Assembly: GCA_963729605.1 (NCBI GenBank)
Contig: CAVSNY010000007.1
Coordinates: 160,001-224,000, forward strand
DNA: 64,000 nucleotides
Origin: an uncultured Gammaproteobacteria bacterium
Lineage (GTDB): Bacteria > Pseudomonadota > Gammaproteobacteria > DRLM01
Direction: 5' to 3'
Below are positions 22,929-39,668 of the stretch, in pieces (the stretch's first letter is position 1; the number at the start of each line of letters is the position of its first letter). The translations under genes were made by a program, and so were the position numbers. The notes under the pieces are model-generated. The model searched no databases and was not told the origin of the DNA. It saw only the letters and a program-made list of their open reading frames with translations.

Positions 22929-24500
22929 ATGACTTCGGAACACGGTGGTTTGCCGCACGACGATGTGGCGCCGCATATCACGCGGCTGGGCTTGCTCAGC
23001 GAACCTTTCGCGGGAACCGACGACGGCCAGCACTTTTTCTACGCCGACGCCAACCGCGAACAGCGCCTGGACCTCATGCAGCATCTCGCGCCCTACAGCG
23101 AACTGCTGGTGGTGATCGGCGTGCCCGGCGTCGGCAAAACCACGCTCTTGCAGCAATTCGTGGCCCGCGCCAGCGAGACCTGGCGCGTGGCGGTGGTGAC
23201 GGCCCAATCCGGCATGGACCGCGATGAATTCATGGCGCGGATGATGGAAGCCTTCGGTCTGCCCGGCGACGACCGGTCCCCCGCCGAGGCGCAACGCGTC
23301 CTCTTGATCACTCACCTGCGTGCCCTGCGGCAAAGCGCGCAAGTGCCCATGCTGTTGGTGGATGACGCCCATCAGCTCGACGCCGAGGTGTTGGAGCTGG
23401 TCCTGAGCCTGGTCGAGGAAAACGACGCCGGCCACCTGCTGTCGGTGATGTTGTTCGGCAATCCCGCCTTGCAATCCAATCTGGCGGCCCCCGCCCTCGC
23501 CGCGCTGCAAAGCCGTATCGCCCACAGCTTCGACATTCCGCCGCTCAATGAACAGGAGACCGCCCGCTACATCCGCCACCGTATGCGCGCCGCCGGCGCC
23601 CAGGACGACGGGCCGTTCAATCCGGTGGTGACCGCTAAAATTCACGACGCCTCCGGCGGCATCCCCTCCGCCATCAATGAAATGGCGCACCACTTTTTAT
23701 CCGACGCGCCGGGCGCCAGATCCGAGGAACGCGGCCGATCGCCCGGCCGGCAACACGCCGTCTCCGGCGCGAAAACCGGCGTCGACAAACGCTGGATCGC
23801 CGTCGCGGTGGCGGGTGTGGCGGTCATCGCCGTGTTGGTAGCCGGGCGCCTGGGCGAGGAGGATACCGGCGGCGCGCCGGGTGAAGTCCCGTCCATCGCC
23901 CTGCCTCTGCCGCCGCCCGGCGAGGGTGAAGGCGAGTCGCGGGTGTTGCGCGACGAAGGTGAACTGGCCTTGGGCGAGGCGCCCGCGGATACCGTGCTGT
24001 CCGAACCCTTGCCCGAACAGGCCGCGTCCGGCGCGTCTGTTCCGCCGCCGGAAGTCGCCCCAGAAATGGCGGTCGAGGCGACGCCTCCCCCCGCGCCGGC
24101 TGCCCCCGTCAAACCGGCGCCGGTCGCACCACCGCCCAAAGCGGTTGAACCGCCGGCGAAGAAGCCCGCCATGGCGCCGGCCCCCGTCTCCGTCGCGCCG
24201 GGTGACATCAAGCGCGAGGACTGGCTGCGGGAGCAGCCGCCCGGCAATTTCACCCTGCAACTGATGGCGCTCAAAAATGAGAACGACGTGCGCCGTACCG
24301 TCGAACGGCACGCATTGCAGGATCAGGCCGCCTATTTCACCATCCAGCGCAACGGTCAGACCCTGTATGCCCTGGTTTATGGGACCTATCCGTCGCGGGA
24401 CGAGGCCGTGCGCGCCGCTAAAAAATTGCCGGCCGGCCTGGTGTCCGGCCAGCCGTGGGTGCGGACCTTCAAGAGTATTCACGACGATATCCGCCAATAA
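22929..24500 (+). CDS. ExeA-like AAA ATPase with TM segment and SPOR domain (DamX-like)
   Basis: Walker A GVPGVGKT, Walker B LLVDDAH, SGGIP, a TM helix, a Pro-rich linker and a SPOR domain (FTLQLMA, YGTYPSRDEA, PWVR). Confidence 0.88.
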   Translation: MTSEHGGLPHDDVAPHITRLGLLSEPFAGTDDGQHFFYADANREQRLDLMQHLAPYSELLVVIGVPGVGKTTLLQQFVARASETWRVAVVTAQSGMDRDEFMARMMEAFGLPGDDRSPAEAQRVLLITHLRALRQSAQVPMLLVDDAHQLDAEVLELVLSLVEENDAGHLLSVMLFGNPALQSNLAAPALAALQSRIAHSFDIPPLNEQETARYIRHRMRAAGAQDDGPFNPVVTAKIHDASGGIPSAINEMAHHFLSDAPGARSEERGRSPGRQHAVSGAKTGVDKRWIAVAVAGVAVIAVLVAGRLGEEDTGGAPGEVPSIALPLPPPGEGEGESRVLRDEGELALGEAPADTVLSEPLPEQAASGASVPPPEVAPEMAVEATPPPAPAAPVKPAPVAPPPKAVEPPAKKPAMAPAPVSVAPGDIKREDWLREQPPGNFTLQLMALKNENDVRRTVERHALQDQAAYFTIQRNGQTLYALVYGTYPSRDEAVRAAKKLPAGLVSGQPWVRTFKSIHDDIRQ

Positions 24501-24692
24501 TCCCGCCCGGCGGGCCGCCGATTAGCGGAAGTCCGCCGGGATGGAGCACTTTTGCCGGCATTGCGTTGAAATGCCGGGCCCCGCGCTTGTATACTCCTGT
24601 CCCATTTCGCCTCCGGCGGGGGATGGGTTCGCGCGCCCTTTAGGTTTAGGGCATGCTATGAAATCGGTCAGCGAGCGAGACAGGCGAATAGA

Positions 24693-30612
<5,920 letters not shown>

Positions 30613-30617
30613 AGATT

Positions 30618-30722
30618 AACCGCCAAGGCGCCAAGGACGCCAAGGCCGGCAAAGTTTTTTGAAATAAATTATTTCAAAAATAATTCCACTTCTTTCCTGG
30701 CGTCCTTGGCGTCCTGGCGGCT
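30618..30722. repeat. Inverted-repeat element (ACCGCCAAGGCGCCAAG family) with an internal AT palindrome
   Basis: AACCGCCAAGGCGCCAAGGACGCCAAG ... CTGGCGTCCTTGGCGTCCTGGCGGCT; internal TTTTTGAAATAA-A-TTATTTCAAAAA. Confidence 0.8.
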
Positions 30723-30731
30723 GGAACATAG

Positions 30732-31799
30732 ATGACAGAACTTAAAAACGACCGTTTTCTCCGCGCCCTGCTCCGCCAGCCGGTGGACCGCACGCCGATT
30801 TGGATCATGCGCCAGGCCGGGCGTTATCTGCCCGAGTATCGCGCGACGCGCGCCAAGGCGGGATCGTTCATGGATCTTTGCACCAATCCCGACTTGGCTT
30901 GCGAAGTGACGCTGCAACCGCTGGCGCGTTTCGATCTCGACGCCGCGATTTTATTTTCCGACATCCTCACCATCCCCGATGCCATGGGTTTGGGCCTGAG
31001 CTTCGCGCAGGGCGAAGGCCCGCAATTCGCTCGCCCCGTGCGCAGCGCGGCCGACGTCGAAAAACTCGCTGTGCCCGATCCGGAAGTCGAACTACGTTAC
31101 GTGATGGACGCGGTGCGGGTGATTCGCCGCGAGCTCGACGGCCGCGTGCCGCTCATCGGTTTCTCCGGCAGCCCGTGGACGCTGGCGACATATATGGTGG
31201 AAGGCAGCGGCAGCAAGGAATACTCGCATGTCAAAGGCATGTTGTTCGATCGCCCCGACTTGCTGCATAAATTATTGGACACCACCGCGCGGTCGGTGAC
31301 CAGTTATCTCAACGCCCAGATCGCCGCCGGCGCGCAGGCGGTGATGATCTTCGACACGTGGGGCGGCGTGCTCAGCCCGCGCGACTACATCGAATTTTCC
31401 CTGCGCTACATGGCGCAGATCGTCGATGGTCTGACCCGTGAGCACGAAGGTCGCCGCGTGCCGGTGATCCTCTTCACCAAGGGCGGCGGCGCTTGGCTGG
31501 AGTCGATGGCCGAGACCGGTTGCGATGGCTTGGGCGTGGATTGGACCACCGACCTCGGCGCGGCGCGGGCGCGGGTCGGTCACCAAGTGGCGCTGCAAGG
31601 CAATATGGACCCTTGCGTGCTGTATGCCGCGCCGCAGCGCATCCGCGCCGAAGTGGCGACCATACTCAAATCCTACGGCGGCGGTACGGGCCATGTGTTC
31701 AACCTCGGTCACGGCATTCATCAACATATCAATCCCGAACACGTGAAGGTGTTGGTGGACAGCGTGCACGAGTTGAGTAAACCGTATCATCAAAGGTAG
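30732..31799 (+). CDS. hemE: Uroporphyrinogen decarboxylase
   Basis: [42 protein letters not shown] and FNLGHG. Confidence 0.98.
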   Translation: MTELKNDRFLRALLRQPVDRTPIWIMRQAGRYLPEYRATRAKAGSFMDLCTNPDLACEVTLQPLARFDLDAAILFSDILTIPDAMGLGLSFAQGEGPQFARPVRSAADVEKLAVPDPEVELRYVMDAVRVIRRELDGRVPLIGFSGSPWTLATYMVEGSGSKEYSHVKGMLFDRPDLLHKLLDTTARSVTSYLNAQIAAGAQAVMIFDTWGGVLSPRDYIEFSLRYMAQIVDGLTREHEGRRVPVILFTKGGGAWLESMAETGCDGLGVDWTTDLGAARARVGHQVALQGNMDPCVLYAAPQRIRAEVATILKSYGGGTGHVFNLGHGIHQHINPEHVKVLVDSVHELSKPYHQR

Positions 31800-31984
31800 G
31801 GTGGATTAGCGTTTTTTATGTAACCGCCATGGCGCGCCGTGAGGCGCACTTTATGTGCACACAATAAATCGCCGCGCGACGGTTGCCGAGTTACGGCGCG
31901 GCCTTCACCCCACGCCTCTCTCGCTCGCGGGGGAGGGGGAGCCGGCCCAGAGTGTGATTTAGAGGGGCGCCTAACCCACCCTGC
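31796..31984. repeat. Degenerate GTAG REP pair with a nested second palindrome
   Basis: GTAGGGTGGATTAGCG...GTAACCCGCC ... GAGTTACGGCGC[insert]GCGCCTAACCCACCCTGC. Confidence 0.7.
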
Positions 31985-32037
31985 AGCGAGTCGGCGCAAC
32001 CGGTCTCGGGTCGCACATGAATTTGAGGAGCAGTTCT

Positions 32038-32901
32038 TTGATCGAACATTTTGAACCTTTGCGCAATATGGAAACTTTCAGCGATGAGATGTTCAATCGC
32101 ATCATCGCCTTTCAAGAGCGCCAGCACCCGGCCTGGAAGCCCGAGTTGCCGTTCGCGCAGCGCATCGCGGGGTTGCCGCTGCATTATTTGATCTTCAGTT
32201 GTCCCGACCGCGATCCCGCCAAGTTCGGCCCCACGGTGGCGCCGTATATTCCGCTGCGCGACGAACTGCGCAGGATCGCGTTGTATGCGCGTCAAGTCGC
32301 CGCCGAGCCGGTGGTGTGCGATTTTCATCCCGGTAACGGCTTCGTCGGCAGCCTGCTGGCGCGCGAAGGACTGAAGGTGATCGGGGTGCGCGATCCGGCG
32401 GCCAAGCCGAATCAGATCCAAAATTTTTATGATCGCGAGGTGTATGCGCTGCGCGAGCAGGCCGTCGCCGATATCGATTTTCCCTTCGACGTGGCCTTTT
32501 CGTCGTGGATGCCGGCGGGGGTGAATTTCACGCCGGAGATCGTCAAGCACCGGCCCAAGCTCATCGTGTTCATTCACACCAAACACGTCAACGAAGAGAC
32601 CGGTGTGCCGCAGACCGGCACGCCCGCGGCTTACACCGAGTTGCCCGCCGGTTATCAATTGATTCATGAATGGGGAATGACCCGGGTCAAGGATGTCTTG
32701 CACGAGGTGTGGCCCGATCTCACGCCCAGCATCGAGGAGACGCGTTACGTCAAAGTGTACGCCGCCGAGGGTTATCACGGCATCGAGATACCGGACGAGT
32801 TGCCGGCGGCCGAGCCTTATGATTGGGAGCGCGAGTTGGAGATGGCCTTGTTGGCGATCCAGGCCAAGGAACATTTGCGCGCGCAAGGCGTGCAGGTTTA
32901 G
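32038..32901 (+). CDS. Hypothetical protein, possible SAM-dependent methyltransferase fold
   Basis: RBS GAGGAG before a TTG start; host-like codon usage; VVCDFHPGNGFVGSLLAREGLKVIGV resembles motif I. Confidence 0.7.
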   Translation: MIEHFEPLRNMETFSDEMFNRIIAFQERQHPAWKPELPFAQRIAGLPLHYLIFSCPDRDPAKFGPTVAPYIPLRDELRRIALYARQVAAEPVVCDFHPGNGFVGSLLAREGLKVIGVRDPAAKPNQIQNFYDREVYALREQAVADIDFPFDVAFSSWMPAGVNFTPEIVKHRPKLIVFIHTKHVNEETGVPQTGTPAAYTELPAGYQLIHEWGMTRVKDVLHEVWPDLTPSIEETRYVKVYAAEGYHGIEIPDELPAAEPYDWERELEMALLAIQAKEHLRAQGVQV

Positions 32902-32946
32902 CCGCGGTTACAAACCCGCTGCCCAATACCGAATAGAGTTCCCCGC

Positions 32947-33832
32947 TCAGCGGATTTCGCTGAGCAGCCGGTCGATCATGCGCTCCGCCTGCGCCGCGTA
33001 GCCGCCGCCGAATAAATTGAAGTGATTCAGCACGTGATACAGGTTGTAGAGTTGCTTGCGCAGCGCATAACCGTCGGGCAGCGGATAGTGGTCGCGATAG
33101 GCCGCGTAAAAGCGTGGTGAAAAGCCGCCGAACAATTCGGTCATGGCGAGATCGGTTTCGCGGTCGCCGTAATACACCGCCGGATCGAAGATGACCGGCT
33201 GGCCGGTGGTCAGCGCCGCGTAATTGCCCGACCAGAGATCGCCGTGCAGCAGCGAGGCGGCCGGCGCGTGATTTGTTAATAAACTTGCGACGCCATCGAG
33301 CAGGCGTTCACCTTTAGTCCGCAACGCCGTGCCGCAACCCCGTTGCGCGGCGAGTTGCAATTGATAACTGCAGTCGCCGCTCGCGCCAGAATTCCGGCCA
33401 ATCATCACAGGGCGTATTGATCTGCGGCGTCGCGCCGATGGCGTTGTCGCGATGCCAGCCGAAACGTGGCGCGGTGTGGCGATGTAACGCGGCGAGTTGC
33501 GCGCCCAATCGATCGGCGCTGTCGGACTCTCCGCGGCCGAACGGCAAATGTTCGAGAACTAGATAGGCCGTCTCGCCGTGGATCGCCCAACAAATCGGCG
33601 CGGGAACGCGAATCGCGCCGCTGGCCGCCAATGCCTGCAACCCTTCCGCTTCCGCCGCGAACATCTCCCTGACGGCGGACTCATGGAGTTTGACGAAATA
33701 GTGCTGATCCCGGTCCGCGATGACGTAAGTTTGATTGATGCAGCCGCCGCCGACCGCGTGCCGGGTGAGCGCGCTAAAAGGCCGGCCGGTGGCGGCGCTG
33801 ATGGCGGCGGCGATGGCAGGCCAGAGGGTCAT
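32947..33832 (-). CDS. Fructosamine kinase family protein (one apparent frameshift near 33375)
   Basis: GGGCIN, YFVK, MFAAEAEGL, FGWHRDNAIG, LLHGDLWSGN, FDPAVYYGDRETDLAM and LYHVLNH. Confidence 0.92.
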
Positions 33833-33914
33833 GGCGAGGAGCGGTGTGTTGCGGGTCCGATTTTATTGTAAAGGAAATCGCGGGGACTACGCGGCGATTC
33901 TGAAAAATTGAGTT

Positions 33915-33975
33915 GACCGCCAAGACGGCGGGAAAGTCGCGGTATGAAAAATCAAATCTTGGCGCCTTGGCGCTT
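33915..33975. repeat. Degenerate copy of the CGCCAAG inverted-repeat family
   Basis: ACCGCCAAGACG ... CTTGGCGCCTTGGCG, similar to 30618-30722. Confidence 0.5.
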
Positions 33976-34021
33976 CAGTATGATGTGTTCAGGATGAATG
34001 GACGGATGAAGCGACTGATGT

Positions 34022-34053
34022 ATGCCCTGCGCCTGAAGCGAGGCGCAGGGCAT
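34022..34053 (-). terminator. Hairpin downstream of tal
   Basis: Perfect 13-bp stem ATGCCCTGCGCCT-GAAGCG-AGGCGCAGGGCAT. Confidence 0.65.
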
Positions 34054-34079
34054 GGATATGGAGTTCGTGAAAGCAGGAT

Positions 34080-35231
34080 TTATCCCGCGGCGCGCACATT
34101 GGCTGTTTGGAAGGCCAGCAGTTTGCTGTTGACGGCCGCGAGTAGATTATCGAAAGATTTGGCGAAGGATTTGACGCCCTCATCTTCCAATTGTTGGGTG
34201 ATAGCGGCGAGGTCGATATCGACGGTTTTGAGCGCGGCGAGCTGGGCATGGGCCTCGTCCCAGCCCGACAGCAGGGTGGTCTGCGGCCGGCCGTGTTGTT
34301 TATACGCGGCATAGGTGGCCGGCGGTACCGTGTTGACGGTGTCGGGCCCGATCAGCTGTTCGATATACATCACGTCGCTGTAATTGGGATTCTTGACGCC
34401 GGTGCTGGCCCATAACAGACGCTGAGGCGCGGCGCCCGCCTGTTTGAGTTTGTCGAAACGCGGCGACGTGAACAGGTGCTGATACCATTCGTAAGCCACT
34501 TTGGCGTTGGCGATGGCGATTTTTCCTTGCAGCTTTTGTAAGGGTTCACGCTCGGCGCCGCTGAGTTTGGCGAGACGTTCGTCGAGTAACTTGTCCACCG
34601 TGGCATCGACGCGGCTGACGAAGAAACTTGCCACCGAAGCGATGCCTTTTACCGGAAGGCCGCGCCGCAGGCGGGCATCCAAGCCGGCGAGATAGGCCTC
34701 GGTGATTTCCTTGTAACGCTCCACCGAGAACAAGAGGGTGACGTTGACGTTCAATCCTTCTGAAATCAATTTCTCGAAGGCGACCACCCCTTCGCGGGTG
34801 GCCGGTACTTTGATCATGAGGTTGGCGCGGCCGACCCGTTTCCAGAGGCTGAGCGCCTCGGCGACGGTGGCCTCGGTGTCGTAGGCGAGATCGGGCGAGA
34901 CTTCCAGACTCACCATGCCGTCCTGACCGTGACTGGCCTCGTATACCGGCTTCAATAAATCGGCGGCGGCTTGGATATCTTCGATGGCCAAACTGAAGAA
35001 GGCCGCGCGCGCATCGGGTTTGTGCGCCCCCCGGCTGAAACGGGCCAGGCCTTCGTCGTAATCCTTGGAAGCCGCGATGGCCTTTTCAAAAATGGTGGGG
35101 TTGGAGGTAATGCCCCGCAGACCGTCATCCTTGATCATGCTCGCCAATTCACCGGATCGCAGCATCTTGCGCTCAATATTGTCATACCAGACGCTTTGGC
35201 CGAATTCCTGTAGGCGTTTGAGTGGGTTCAT
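34080..35231 (-). CDS. tal: Transaldolase (type 2)
   Basis: [49 protein letters not shown] and QRLLWASTG. Confidence 0.96.
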   Translation of the reverse strand: MNPLKRLQEFGQSVWYDNIERKMLRSGELASMIKDDGLRGITSNPTIFEKAIAASKDYDEGLARFSRGAHKPDARAAFFSLAIEDIQAAADLLKPVYEASHGQDGMVSLEVSPDLAYDTEATVAEALSLWKRVGRANLMIKVPATREGVVAFEKLISEGLNVNVTLLFSVERYKEITEAYLAGLDARLRRGLPVKGIASVASFFVSRVDATVDKLLDERLAKLSGAEREPLQKLQGKIAIANAKVAYEWYQHLFTSPRFDKLKQAGAAPQRLLWASTGVKNPNYSDVMYIEQLIGPDTVNTVPPATYAAYKQHGRPQTTLLSGWDEAHAQLAALKTVDIDLAAITQQLEDEGVKSFAKSFDNLLAAVNSKLLAFQTANVRAAG

Positions 35232-35464
35232 GCGGGTTCTCCTTCAATGGCGCATCAAGGCGTTGGAATATCCACCGAGGTTATCGGCGATCGCGGCTTG
35301 AGGTTGAGGACGGCGCGGGTAGATTGTGTGACCCCTGTCCGGCTGGCGGGTTCCTTTGATTCGAAGGGTCGTGCATCCATTCAGGGATAAGCCTAAAATC
35401 AAATATAGATCAAAAGACCGGCTTATCATAGGGACATTAACTTACAGGTTAAAAGGATCGCACT

Positions 35465-35677
35465 ATGTATCTAAAACATAAGGCATCGGGTTCCTTGGTG
35501 GAGGTATTGGATATGAGCGCGTTGAGCGACCCCTGCCGAGGCTATTTGTCGGGACGGTTTCATGCCGGGGAGGAGCTGCAGGACCCCTCGGATTTCGCCA
35601 AGGGCGATTTGAGTTTCCCCTCGGGCGAGGATCTGCCCCGTTGCTGGAAGGATCCAGGTTACAAAAATGTGATGTGA
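35465..35677 (+). CDS. Small conserved-looking hypothetical protein
   Basis: RBS AAAGGA; GRFHAGEELQDP..F.K.DL.FPSGEDLPRCW.DP.Y looks like a real conserved family. Confidence 0.75.
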   Translation: MYLKHKASGSLVEVLDMSALSDPCRGYLSGRFHAGEELQDPSDFAKGDLSFPSGEDLPRCWKDPGYKNVM

Positions 35678-35795
35678 TTAGCCCTTTTCCGGGTCAACCG
35701 GACTCACGGAAATTTGTTAGGAGGACGATACAAAATGTAGTGGGAATGTACAGTGTCGGCGCGCAAGCCGGGTAAATGGTGAGGTCTAGAAGACC

Positions 35796-36254
35796 ATGTA
35801 TTTCCGAAAGTTCGCTTTTGCGATGCTGACTTTAGCGCTGGCGCCGATGGCCCAAGCCGATTCAGGGGATAATGACAGCGGGCATGCGCCGTCACGGGGT
35901 CCGATATCGGTTTGTTTGAATGCTTCAATCACGTTATATCCGTGCTTGTCGCTTACCCCGTCTTTATCACCCGCTTTAAGTGGGACATCTTCATACGACG
36001 GCGCCCCGCTGCGTGGCCAACCCGAGGCCTCTACTCATCTTTTCACTTTTTCGATCAAGCACCGCGATCCCGCCAGCCTCCACTGGAGTAGCTTGCGCCG
36101 ATTCGATGGGGTGGACCTTAACTTCAATCTGGACCCTACCGGCGCCGGGATGAACATGGATATGGGCGGTTTGGAATTCAACGTCATCTTGGATGAAGGG
36201 GAAGATACCCTGATAGAGCCGCGCTTTTTCCTCGGGATTGATAGGGCCTGGTAA
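35796..36254 (+). CDS. Hypothetical exported protein
   Basis: Signal peptide ending AQA; beta-strand-like C-terminus ending in W. Confidence 0.6.
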   Translation: MYFRKFAFAMLTLALAPMAQADSGDNDSGHAPSRGPISVCLNASITLYPCLSLTPSLSPALSGTSSYDGAPLRGQPEASTHLFTFSIKHRDPASLHWSSLRRFDGVDLNFNLDPTGAGMNMDMGGLEFNVILDEGEDTLIEPRFFLGIDRAW

Positions 36255-36345
36255 ATCCGCTTTATTTCCGTAGCGGCTTTTAATGAAAACCGGCGTGGGA
36301 CCGGACCGGGGCGGCCGGCGCATCGGATGATGCGGACCGATGAGA

Positions 36346-37518
36346 TCAGCCGAGGGGTTTTTTATCCTGGCCCCCGAACCAGCGTTCCAGCCATATATCC
36401 ACCGCGCCCCAAAACTGCTCCGGCACTCGCCGGTACCAAGGCCGGTTTTTCCAATGTACTAATAGATATTCCTTGCTGTCGGCGAAGTCGTCATTGAGCA
36501 TGGCGCGCACCTCGGCGGCGAACCCCTCATCGGCGATTTCCTGATTGGCTTCCAGGTTCCAGCGCATGGTCCAGCGGTCGATGTTGCTGGAGCCGATACT
36601 CACCCATTCGTCGCATAGCAGGACCTTGGAATGGGTGAAGCGCGGCTGATATTCGAAGATACGCACGCCGTGCCGCAGCAGCCGGTAATAAAACCGCCGG
36701 CCGGCGTGGCGTACCGCCGGGTGATCGCTGTGTGGTCCCGGCAGCAGCAGCCGTACCTCCACGCCGCGCCGCGCCGCGCGGATCAAGGCCCGCCGCAGTT
36801 TGATGGGGGGTACGAAGTAGGCGGTGGCGAGCCACACCCGGCGGGCCGCCCCCCGCACCCGGTTGAGGGCACTGCGTTGGATCTCCGGATAAGCGATGCC
36901 GCGGGTATAACAGACCCTGCCGAATTGCGCACCCGCGCCGACGGGCGGGATGACCGGCGGGTTCAACCCTCCACGCGCGTGACGCCGCCAGGTCTGGACG
37001 AACAAATTTTGCCAGTCCGTTACCACCGGCCCGGCGATGGCGACGACGGTCTCCCGCCAAGGCGGCTGATCGAGGCGGACCGGCGCGAACTCATCGGTGA
37101 GGCCCATGCCGCCGACGTAGGCGCGGACGCCGTCGATCAAAAGCAACTTGCGGTGGTCGCGAAAAAAATTGCGGCGCAAGCGTCCATAGTGGAGACGGTT
37201 GAAATACGCGACCCGGATTCCGTCGGCGCCGAGCCGTTCGCGGTCCGGTCGTTTCAAACCCCGCGAGCCGAAATCGTCCAACAACAGATAAACGGCCACG
37301 CCGCGCGCGGCGGCCTCGCAAAACGCCGTAATGAATTGGTCGGCGACCTGCCCGGATTCGATGAGATACATTTCCAGCAACACGAAGGAGCGGGCCGCGC
37401 CGATGGCCTCCAACATGGCCGGGAAAAACGCGCCGCCGTCGATGAGTAACTCGAAGCGGTTGCCGTCGCGCCAAGGAAAGGTGGGGGTGTCGCTGCTCGC
37501 GCTCGGCGTGGGAGGCAT
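36346..37518 (-). CDS. clsB: Cardiolipin synthase B-like phospholipase D
   Basis: Two HKD motifs (RDHRKLLLIDG, HSKVLLCD), ATAYFVP and GSSN. Confidence 0.85.
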   Translation of the reverse strand: MPPTPSASSDTPTFPWRDGNRFELLIDGGAFFPAMLEAIGAARSFVLLEMYLIESGQVADQFITAFCEAAARGVAVYLLLDDFGSRGLKRPDRERLGADGIRVAYFNRLHYGRLRRNFFRDHRKLLLIDGVRAYVGGMGLTDEFAPVRLDQPPWRETVVAIAGPVVTDWQNLFVQTWRRHARGGLNPPVIPPVGAGAQFGRVCYTRGIAYPEIQRSALNRVRGAARRVWLATAYFVPPIKLRRALIRAARRGVEVRLLLPGPHSDHPAVRHAGRRFYYRLLRHGVRIFEYQPRFTHSKVLLCDEWVSIGSSNIDRWTMRWNLEANQEIADEGFAAEVRAMLNDDFADSKEYLLVHWKNRPWYRRVPEQFWGAVDIWLERWFGGQDKKPLG

Positions 37519-37786
37519 GCGCTGATGTCGCTTATGGCAAAGAGAACCGACTATAGCGGATTTGCCCCAGGATGAGGAGGCAGCGGGGTGGAACGGAAAT
37601 AACGTCCGAGGCGGATGCCGCGCCGGTCAGCGGTTTGCGGCGCGGGGGTCATCGCGCGATTTTCGCTTTGGTCCGCCCCCCGCGGCGCGGTATGATGGCC
37701 GCGCGTAATTCAGCCCGTGAAAATAACCGTCCGGTGAATTGGTCGTCGCGCGATACATCCATGCCCGTGCCGCAGTGGGGAGATTT

Positions 37787-38302
37787 GTGCCGTCATTCGT
37801 GAAAACGTTCTGGGAGATTTGCATCCTCCAAGCGGCGCCGCAGGATTTGCCTACCTCGCGTTCGTTGCTGCTCTTCAGCCTGGCCGTTTATTTCGCCATC
37901 AATCTGTTCTCGGGATGGCTGCAAATCTCGGCACCGCTGGCCTTGCCGGCGGCCTTGGCGGATACCGTGTTGCTGGTGGTGCTGACCCGCGTGATGCTGT
38001 GGGTGCGTTCCTTCGACGCGCGTTTCGTGCAAACCCTCACCGCCCTGGCGGGTAGCGGCGCGGTGATGGGGCTGATCGCCACCCCGATCTTGTATTGGCA
38101 GCATTACGCCGGCGGCGCGGAAGGCGAATTCACCCTGCCTTCGCTGCTGTTGCTGTTGTGGATGGCCTGGAGCGTGGTGGTGATGGGGCATGTGTTGAGA
38201 CATGCCATGTCGACCATGCTGGTGATCGGTCTCACCCTGGCGGTGATCTATATGCACTTCGCGTTTCGCTTGCTGCACTTTTTATTTTTGACGAATAAAT
38301 AA
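37787..38302 (+). CDS. Hypothetical inner-membrane protein
   Basis: About 5 hydrophobic segments; APQDLP and RFVQTLTALAG; immediately upstream of mpl. Confidence 0.75.
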   Translation: MPSFVKTFWEICILQAAPQDLPTSRSLLLFSLAVYFAINLFSGWLQISAPLALPAALADTVLLVVLTRVMLWVRSFDARFVQTLTALAGSGAVMGLIATPILYWQHYAGGAEGEFTLPSLLLLLWMAWSVVVMGHVLRHAMSTMLVIGLTLAVIYMHFAFRLLHFLFLTNK

Positions 38303-38303
38303 C

Positions 38304-39668
38304 ATGCACATCCACATCCTCGGCATCTGCGGCACCTTCATGGGCGGCATCGCGCTGCTGGCGCGCGAAATGGGCCTGCGGGTCACCGGCTCGGACGCCA
38401 ACGTCTATCCGCCCATGAGCACGCAGCTGGAGGCGCACGGCATCGGTTTGATGCAGGGCTTCGAGGCCGCCCACCTTGAACCGGCGCCGGACCTGGTGGT
38501 GATCGGCAACGCCTTGTCGCGCGGCAACGCCGCCGTGGAATACGTATTGAACCGCGGTATCCCGTATACCTCGGGCCCGGCCTTCCTCGCCGACGTGGTG
38601 CTGAAGGATCGCTGGGTGCTGGCGGTGGCGGGCACCCACGGCAAGACCACCACCAGCGGCATGCTGGCGTGGATCTTGGAATACGCGGGCCTGCGGCCGG
38701 GTTTTCTGATCGGCGGCGTGCCGAATAATTTCGGCGTGTCGGCCCGCCTGGGCGACGCGCCGTTTTTCGTGGTGGAGGCCGACGAATACGACACGGCCTT
38801 TTTCGACAAGCGTTCCAAGTTCGTCCACTACCGGCCGCGCACGGTGATTTTGAACAATCTCGAATTCGACCACGCCGATATTTTTCCCGACCTCGCCGCC
38901 ATCCAGCGGCAGTTTCATCACCTGGTGCGCACCGTGCCCGGCGGCGGGCTGATCGTCGCGCCCCGCCACGACGACAACGTGAAAGACATGCTGGCGCAAG
39001 GCTGCTGGACGCCGGTGGAATATTTCGCGGTCGGCGACGACCTTGAGTGGAGCGTGCGCGATAAGGCGCCCGACGGCGGCCGCTTCGCCGTGCATTGGCA
39101 GGGTCAGCGCAAAGGGGTGGTGGAGTGGGAATTGATGGGCGACCACAACGTTCACAACGCGCTCGCCGCCATCGCCGCCGCCCGCCACGCCGGGGTGGCG
39201 CCGGAACACGCCATCGCCGCGCTCGCGGAGTTTCGCAACGTCAAACGACGCATGGAGCAGCGCGCGCAGGTGAACGGCATCACCGTCTACGACGACTTCG
39301 CCCATCATCCCACCGCCATCGCCACCACCCTGGCCGGCCTGCGGCGGCGGGTGGGCGGGGCGCGTATCATCGCGGTGCTGGAGCCGCGTTCCAACACCAT
39401 GCGGCTCGGGGTGCACCGCGAGGAGTTGGCGCCCAGTCTCGCCGGCGCCGACGCGGTGTTCCTCTATCAACCCGCGGACTTGCGCTGGGATGTGCACGAG
39501 GTGGCGCGCGCCGTCGGACCGCGCGCCCAAGTTTGCGGCGACATCCCCGCTTTGACGCGGGAAATCGCCGCGCTTGCGCGGCCCGGCGATCACGTGTTAA
39601 TCATGAGCAACGGCGCCTTCGGGGGCCTGCACGACAAACTGGCGGAGGCACTCAAACATGAGCCGTGA
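38304..39668 (+). CDS. mpl: Murein peptide ligase
   Basis: [49 protein letters not shown] and EPRSNTM. Confidence 0.97.
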   Translation: MHIHILGICGTFMGGIALLAREMGLRVTGSDANVYPPMSTQLEAHGIGLMQGFEAAHLEPAPDLVVIGNALSRGNAAVEYVLNRGIPYTSGPAFLADVVLKDRWVLAVAGTHGKTTTSGMLAWILEYAGLRPGFLIGGVPNNFGVSARLGDAPFFVVEADEYDTAFFDKRSKFVHYRPRTVILNNLEFDHADIFPDLAAIQRQFHHLVRTVPGGGLIVAPRHDDNVKDMLAQGCWTPVEYFAVGDDLEWSVRDKAPDGGRFAVHWQGQRKGVVEWELMGDHNVHNALAAIAAARHAGVAPEHAIAALAEFRNVKRRMEQRAQVNGITVYDDFAHHPTAIATTLAGLRRRVGGARIIAVLEPRSNTMRLGVHREELAPSLAGADAVFLYQPADLRWDVHEVARAVGPRAQVCGDIPALTREIAALARPGDHVLIMSNGAFGGLHDKLAEALKHEP

